Origin: Vulcanisaeta distributa DSM 14429
GTDB taxonomy: Archaea > Thermoproteota > Thermoprotei > Thermoproteales > Thermocladiaceae
Assembly: GCF_000148385.1 (NCBI RefSeq)
Contig: NC_014537.1
Coordinates: forward strand, 300,001-332,000
DNA: 32,000 nucleotides
Reading direction: 5' to 3'
The position numbers and the translations under genes are program-made. How positions within the stretch are numbered: the first letter of the stretch is position 1; each line of letters starts with the position of its first letter. Of the stretch, positions 27,312-32,000 are shown piece by piece. Under the pieces are notes generated by a model. The model worked only from the letters and a program-made list of their open reading frames with translations, searched no databases and was not told the DNA's origin.

Positions 27312-30134
27312 CTAATCGTTGCCTATCACGGAATGCCCAGTGTATCTGCCATGGAATGGCCACCAATTCCACTTGCCTAGTAGAACTATTATCGCTGGCA
27401 CGAGTAGTGGCCTGACTATGAATGAGTCGATGATTACTGAGGAGGCTACCGCGAGGGCCACCTGCTTGAGTATGTAAATGCTTGATAGTGCCAGGGAGGC
27501 GAAGGCCATGGCCAGCACGAGGGCTGCCCCAGTCACCACAGGCCCAGTAACCTCAACGGCCCTAACAATTGCGTCCCTATCGCTCAACCCATTACTGATT
27601 TCCTCCCTGAACCTACTAACTATGAATAGGTCGTAATCAGTACCCACACTGAGCAGTAGCGATATTAGGATCACGGGAAGTAGCCAGTAGGTCTGTATTC
27701 CCATTAAGCCTTGGAACACGAATATTGTTAGTGCCAGGGACCAGGTAATGCTCATGAGGACCGTAGCCACGAGCCTCAGCGGTATCATTAGAGACCTCAT
27801 GTATATTGTGAGTATCACGATATTCACGGCAATCATAACATAGATGATGAGGCCGTAGTACTCACGCTCAAAGCCAAGCACGAAGTAGTACTTATCAGCG
27901 GGCGATCCCCCAATCAATACCCTGACCCCGTACTCCCTAGCCACCTCATTAGCTACCTCCCTTAACCCTAGGTATATTGGTATGAGTTTGTCGGACAGTG
28001 ATTGCTGGTTAACTGTGGCGGTTATTATGTACATGCCTGACCCATTGTATGAAAGGGCAGCATTTATCACGTAGCTCTGCCCCTTTACGGCATTAAGCAG
28101 CGCCAATGCGGCTGATTCATTACCGTAAACCACCAGGTACGCCGTTGAGTAGTCATAATTCCTGAAGTAATTAATCAGGAGACTAAGCCCAACCTTAGCC
28201 GGCGTGTTAGGCATTACCTGCACCGGATCTGTGGTTATTCTAATGTTCAATATCAGGTACGTGAGGGCCAGGGCAGTGATTGCGAGGAATACGGCCAGGA
28301 TAAGCCTTGGCCTATCCACGGCGAACTTAGCCATTTTCGAGAGAAAGGCGGTCCTCAACTCAATAGATTTCGCCCTCAAGCCCATGGGCCATAAAACACC
28401 GTCGCCGAGCAACCTCATGATTTCGGGCAGTATTACTGCGGTCGCTATTACTGTGAGCGACACGGCAATTATGAAGCCAATGCCTATGTCCTGTATGTAG
28501 CCATACCTCGATATGGCGAAGCTACCAAGGCCAAGCCCTACCACGGAGGCGCTGGCTAAGATTGTCGGCCTAACCCGTGATAGGACGATCTTCAATGCCT
28601 GGTCCTTATCGTGGCCAGCAATCCTCTCCTCAAGGTACCTACTGAGCATTAGCATGCTGTAGTCAACGCCTATCCCGAAGATTATCGGTGCGATCATGTA
28701 CACGGTGAGGTAATAAAGCTTGAAGTGGATTGCCCAGTTGTAGAGGAGGCCGAGGGATGCCAGGTACGTTAAACCAAGTACCGTCAGCGACATGACCGGG
28801 CCTACCAGGGTTCCGAGCATGGCTATCATGGTTACGAATACGAGGGCCGCCGTGGTCTTATCAATTATATTCACATCGCTTGAAACCATCTTCTCGAGTT
28901 CGTAGAGAATGACGTCGGTGCTCACTGGGTATACCCAGTCCCTGCGCGTTAGTAGGTTGTATACCTCATCCTCGTAATTGCTCGGTAATGTTATGAAGGC
29001 CACCGTGTAAGTCCCATTCAGGAACTTCTGGGTTAAGTTATTAGGTAGATCAAGGATACTTGGCGGTGGGTGCTCCTGCATTAGTGCGTTGATTACACTA
29101 GTCCTCATCTCACTCAGTACCGAGTTAACCACCGATGTGTTGTTGCTGCATGTTAGTTGGTAGAGGTATGGCAATAATAAGGGGGATACGTTATTTAAGT
29201 ACTCCTGAATTACCAAGAGCCTTAGCAGGTTCATGTCAACGTTAGGCCCTATTAGCACGGCAATTCTTAATTCCGTATCATTGGTATCATTGATTAACAG
29301 ATCATATACATAACCGGTTATGTTATTTATGTTAATCCCTGGGTACTCCTGCTGGATTATGTGGCCGTAGTTGGTCAGTAAAATTCCCGTGATGTTCTTC
29401 GAAACCAGGACGTAAGGTGTTGGGTTATTGCCAATATCATTAACCAACTGCGTGAGTGTTTCATTGGCTAGCTCATTAATGTACTGGTCATAATCCCCAT
29501 GCTTAAGTTCGTAGTCCTTCGTTGTTAATTCAAATAATGTGGTTAACGAAGTATTCGGATAATTCCTCAGGTAGTAATTCTCGATTTCGTAGTAGAGTAG
29601 CTGCGCGTAATTTACCGTTGCATTGAATTCACCGCTGACTTCGTCAGCCACGCTGTAAACCATGGAGTAATACTTCCTATTCAGTCGTATTATTGATGAG
29701 CATTCATTATTCAGTGACCAGTATAGGTTCCACACATTGCTTGATTCGTTATCTATTATCTTAGTTGTTACATTACTTATCGTCTCATTATATATTGTGT
29801 AGATCTCATTGTACGTCGTTAGTAGGTCGGTGATCGTTATATTGGGTGAGTCGATCATCTCTGTGACGTTGCTTACGTAGTTTAGGCGACCCTCAATGTT
29901 TGTCGTTCCGTTACTGCTTAATTTAATTACAACAACGAGTGTTGTCTCGTTAGACGTACCTATGTACTTATCGACCAGGTTCTTGACGATTATCGGTTCT
30001 ATGTTATTTGGCATTAACTGTGACTCGTCATACGTTAGCACGTTGAATACGTGAAATGAGTAATGGGCTATGTAAATCATCGTGATTAGCCAAGCCACGA
30101 TTATTAAGATTGATACGTGCTTTCTCGATATCAT
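27312..30134 (-). CDS. MMPL/RND-superfamily exporter (COG1033/COG2409-like)
   Basis: 940 aa from ATG 30134. The topology is RND-like: TM1, a roughly 390-aa extracytoplasmic loop, a 5-TM bundle, a second loop, then a 6-TM bundle, and the two halves are internally duplicated. Typical MMPL stretches are present (GIGVDYSMLMLSRYLEE and SVGTDYDLFIVSRFREE). Confidence 0.85.
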   Translation of the reverse strand: MISRKHVSILIIVAWLITMIYIAHYSFHVFNVLTYDESQLMPNNIEPIIVKNLVDKYIGTSNETTLVVVIKLSSNGTTNIEGRLNYVSNVTEMIDSPNITITDLLTTYNEIYTIYNETISNVTTKIIDNESSNVWNLYWSLNNECSSIIRLNRKYYSMVYSVADEVSGEFNATVNYAQLLYYEIENYYLRNYPNTSLTTLFELTTKDYELKHGDYDQYINELANETLTQLVNDIGNNPTPYVLVSKNITGILLTNYGHIIQQEYPGININNITGYVYDLLINDTNDTELRIAVLIGPNVDMNLLRLLVIQEYLNNVSPLLLPYLYQLTCSNNTSVVNSVLSEMRTSVINALMQEHPPPSILDLPNNLTQKFLNGTYTVAFITLPSNYEDEVYNLLTRRDWVYPVSTDVILYELEKMVSSDVNIIDKTTAALVFVTMIAMLGTLVGPVMSLTVLGLTYLASLGLLYNWAIHFKLYYLTVYMIAPIIFGIGVDYSMLMLSRYLEERIAGHDKDQALKIVLSRVRPTILASASVVGLGLGSFAISRYGYIQDIGIGFIIAVSLTVIATAVILPEIMRLLGDGVLWPMGLRAKSIELRTAFLSKMAKFAVDRPRLILAVFLAITALALTYLILNIRITTDPVQVMPNTPAKVGLSLLINYFRNYDYSTAYLVVYGNESAALALLNAVKGQSYVINAALSYNGSGMYIITATVNQQSLSDKLIPIYLGLREVANEVAREYGVRVLIGGSPADKYYFVLGFEREYYGLIIYVMIAVNIVILTIYMRSLMIPLRLVATVLMSITWSLALTIFVFQGLMGIQTYWLLPVILISLLLSVGTDYDLFIVSRFREEISNGLSDRDAIVRAVEVTGPVVTGAALVLAMAFASLALSSIYILKQVALAVASSVIIDSFIVRPLLVPAIIVLLGKWNWWPFHGRYTGHSVIGND

Positions 30135-30140
30135 TCTCAA

Positions 30141-30175
30141 TAAGGGATTTTAACCCGTATTAAATACCATTCCCC
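30141..30175. promoter_or_regulatory. Compact divergent promoter between the MMPL and ABC ATPase genes
   Basis: A 35-bp spacer with two TATA-like elements. TATTTAATAC (minus sense) lies about 26 nt from ATG 30134. GATTTTAAC (plus sense) lies about 26 nt from GTG 30176. Confidence 0.35.
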
Positions 30176-31045
30176 GTGAGGAGCGATGAGGAGGTTATCA
30201 GGCTCGTAAATGTTAGCAAGAGGTATTACCTAAGCAGTAGTGTCTATATCGATGCGTTAATCAACGTGAACCTAACGATTAGGATGGGCGAGATTGCGAT
30301 TGTTATGGGGCCCAGTGGTTCCGGTAAGACCACGTTAATGAATATAATGGGTACGTTAGATAAGCCGACCAGTGGTCGTGTAATCATTGATGGGGTTGAC
30401 GTCACGGATGCCGATGAGAAGTACTTGTCAAAGTTCAGGCTTGAGAGGCTTGGCTTCGTATTTCAGCAATACAACCTGATTTCTCAGTTAACGGCGCTTG
30501 AGAATGTAATGCTACCAATGCTTTTAACTGGTAAATACACGAAGGATGAGGCCAGGGAAAAGGCTAGGTTATTACTTGACCTCGTCGGTGTTGGTGAGTT
30601 TGCGAATAATAGGCCGAGCCAATTAAGTGGTGGTCAGCAGCAGAGGGTGGCGATTGCTAGGGCATTGGCTAATGATCCATCGTTCATAATAATGGATGAG
30701 CCCACAGGTTCTATAGACCTGGCCAGTTCATACCTAATACTTGACCTAGTTAAGTTGCTGAATAAGGCCATAGGAGTTACCTTTGTGATTGCCACGCACA
30801 ACATGGAGGTCGCGGCAATAGGTAGTAGGATCATTTATCTTAGGGGTGGTAGGATCGTAAGTGAGAGTGATCTTGCGAGGATTAAGGAGGAGTTTAGTAA
30901 GTTGAGGGTTGATCAATTAACCGTTATTAAGTCATACCTCAGGATACTTGACCTTGAGGAGAAGAGACTGAGGAGACTAGGTCAGGATTTAGGCGAGATA
31001 GAAAGGAGGAGAGATTTAGTAAATAGTTTTATTGGCTCTACATAG
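30176..31045 (+). CDS. ABC transporter ATP-binding protein, MacB/LolD-type, with a roughly 55-aa C-terminal coiled-coil-like extension
   Basis: It has Walker A GPSGSGKTT, Q-loop FQQYNL, signature LSGGQQQRVAIARAL, Walker B IIMDEPTGSID and H-loop ATHN. The extra tail reads ...KEEFSKLRVDQLTVIKSYLRILDLEEKRLRRLGQDLGEIERRRDL. GTG start. Confidence 0.9.
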   Translation: MRSDEEVIRLVNVSKRYYLSSSVYIDALINVNLTIRMGEIAIVMGPSGSGKTTLMNIMGTLDKPTSGRVIIDGVDVTDADEKYLSKFRLERLGFVFQQYNLISQLTALENVMLPMLLTGKYTKDEAREKARLLLDLVGVGEFANNRPSQLSGGQQQRVAIARALANDPSFIIMDEPTGSIDLASSYLILDLVKLLNKAIGVTFVIATHNMEVAAIGSRIIYLRGGRIVSESDLARIKEEFSKLRVDQLTVIKSYLRILDLEEKRLRRLGQDLGEIERRRDLVNSFIGST

Positions 31046-31084
31046 GAAATTAGGTTTAATTAGTAAGGGATTTCTACACTATTG

Positions 31085-32000
31085 ATGAGTATTAAGTACG
31101 TATTATTGATAGCTGCGGTAATCATGATGCTGTTCATGGGGATCACCGTATACGCCTACGAACCATTAAATGCGTACTTTACTGTTAATTATGTCACGTA
31201 TTTGAACCCCAACGGTCAAGCCACGGATTACTACATTGAGTATTCATTGGTGCTTTACAATAATGAGCCCTATACAATCTCTTTAAACGTTACTATGAAG
31301 GTGCTACCATACTCAAGCATACTGTATGTATCGCCATCAACGGCGCTGATCAGTGGCGATGCCGTGACCTGGGTCATCACACTACAGCCATACTCCCAGG
31401 AAACACTTAATGTTAGGTTTAAGCCCGTTTATACACTATTACCAATAGCGTCCATGAATTATCGAATTCTCGTTAATGAATCCAGTATTAACTCAACAAT
31501 GGTTAATGGTGGTGTTGGTACTAACGTAAATATTTCGGTGAATGTCACGAACTTACTACCATTTCCAATAATGACCACCCTAACCCTAACCAAGCAGTCC
31601 GGCTTATTTTATGAGTATAACGTTACACCAACGTTAACGCAGAATATACTTGGTTATGAGGTTGATTATTGGATATTCAATACGGAGAATTCCTCCTCAC
31701 TTTCGTTGGGTATGGTTGTTGAGAATATGGGTCCGTGGCACAGTGTTAGGATAAACCCAATAACTGTTCAGGCAAGCATCGACTTAAATGGATCAATAAA
31801 CTCCCTGAATGAAGCCATTAATAGCCTAAACAACACCCTTAATCAACTAAGGAACTTCTCAAGCTCCTTAACAGGCGTTTCTGGTACGGCAAGTAATTAC
31901 ACGGCGCAGTTCCTACAATTAATAAGCCTACTCAATGAGACGGCTCAGGTTCTTGGGGCATCGGCATACATAATAAACTCAACACTAATGGTTGAGAGTC
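31085..32000 (+). CDS. Secreted/membrane-anchored extracellular glycoprotein-like protein, 3'-truncated by the window edge
   Basis: This ORF is absent from the supplied track because it has no stop in the window. I translated it by hand: the ATG at 31085 opens MSIKYVLLIAAVIMMLFMGITVYA (signal/anchor). A beta-rich Asn/Thr-rich region follows with about 13 N-X-S/T sequons, then a heptad-like region (INSLNEAINSLNNTLNQLRNF...). I saw no stop through nt 31999. Confidence 0.65.
   Translation, partial: MSIKYVLLIAAVIMMLFMGITVYAYEPLNAYFTVNYVTYLNPNGQATDYYIEYSLVLYNNEPYTISLNVTMKVLPYSSILYVSPSTALISGDAVTWVITLQPYSQETLNVRFKPVYTLLPIASMNYRILVNESSINSTMVNGGVGTNVNISVNVTNLLPFPIMTTLTLTKQSGLFYEYNVTPTLTQNILGYEVDYWIFNTENSSSLSLGMVVENMGPWHSVRINPITVQASIDLNGSINSLNEAINSLNNTLNQLRNFSSSLTGVSGTASNYTAQFLQLISLLNETAQVLGASAYIINSTLMVES

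Noticed and set aside
1-32000. Searched for CRISPR repeats, tRNA/rRNA genes, transposases, integrases, toxin-antitoxin pairs and known defence-system genes.
   Set aside because: I found no periodic repeat-spacer structure, no GC-rich cloverleaf-sized intergenic segment (all large gaps are AT-rich promoter or terminator DNA), and no protein with recombinase, nuclease-defence or TA hallmarks.

Overview
This looks like a chromosomal segment of a hyperthermophilic crenarchaeon. My guess is Thermoproteales-like (Vulcanisaeta/Caldivirga type), based only on gene content and style. I found no rRNA, tRNA, CRISPR array, transposase or integrase. About 30 genes are densely packed and mostly housekeeping: UPF0200 kinase, Trm1, an archaeal HTH regulator, fibrillarin and Nop5, a TauE/SafE permease, pyruvate,phosphate dikinase (PPDK), a membrane H+-pyrophosphatase, an M24 peptidase, a histidine phosphatase, two divergent radical-SAM/SPASM enzymes, a beta-CASP nuclease, a TIP49/RuvB-like AAA+ protein, DUF47 plus HAD, a Roadblock/LC7 protein and a CoxL-type molybdoenzyme subunit. 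The right end (25.4-32 kb) looks more accessory. It holds two tandem uncharacterized paralogs, a small membrane-anchored protein, an MMPL/RND exporter, a MacB-type ABC ATPase and a secreted glycoprotein that runs off the window. Genes look leaderless, with a TATA-like box about 22-33 nt upstream of the ATG and no Shine-Dalgarno sequence. I therefore trimmed several TTG/GTG-extended track ORFs to the first ATG. The clearest anomaly is that the PPDK gene is split by a 355-bp in-place inversion (8542-8896). Reverse-complementing that segment by hand restores one 893-aa ORF with consensus motifs at both junctions. Two intergenic loci (about 13026-13080 on + and 21094-21152 on -) have full C/D-box guide sRNA architecture. 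I cannot demonstrate a clearly novel multi-gene system. The candidates worth testing are listed as findings with modest scores.
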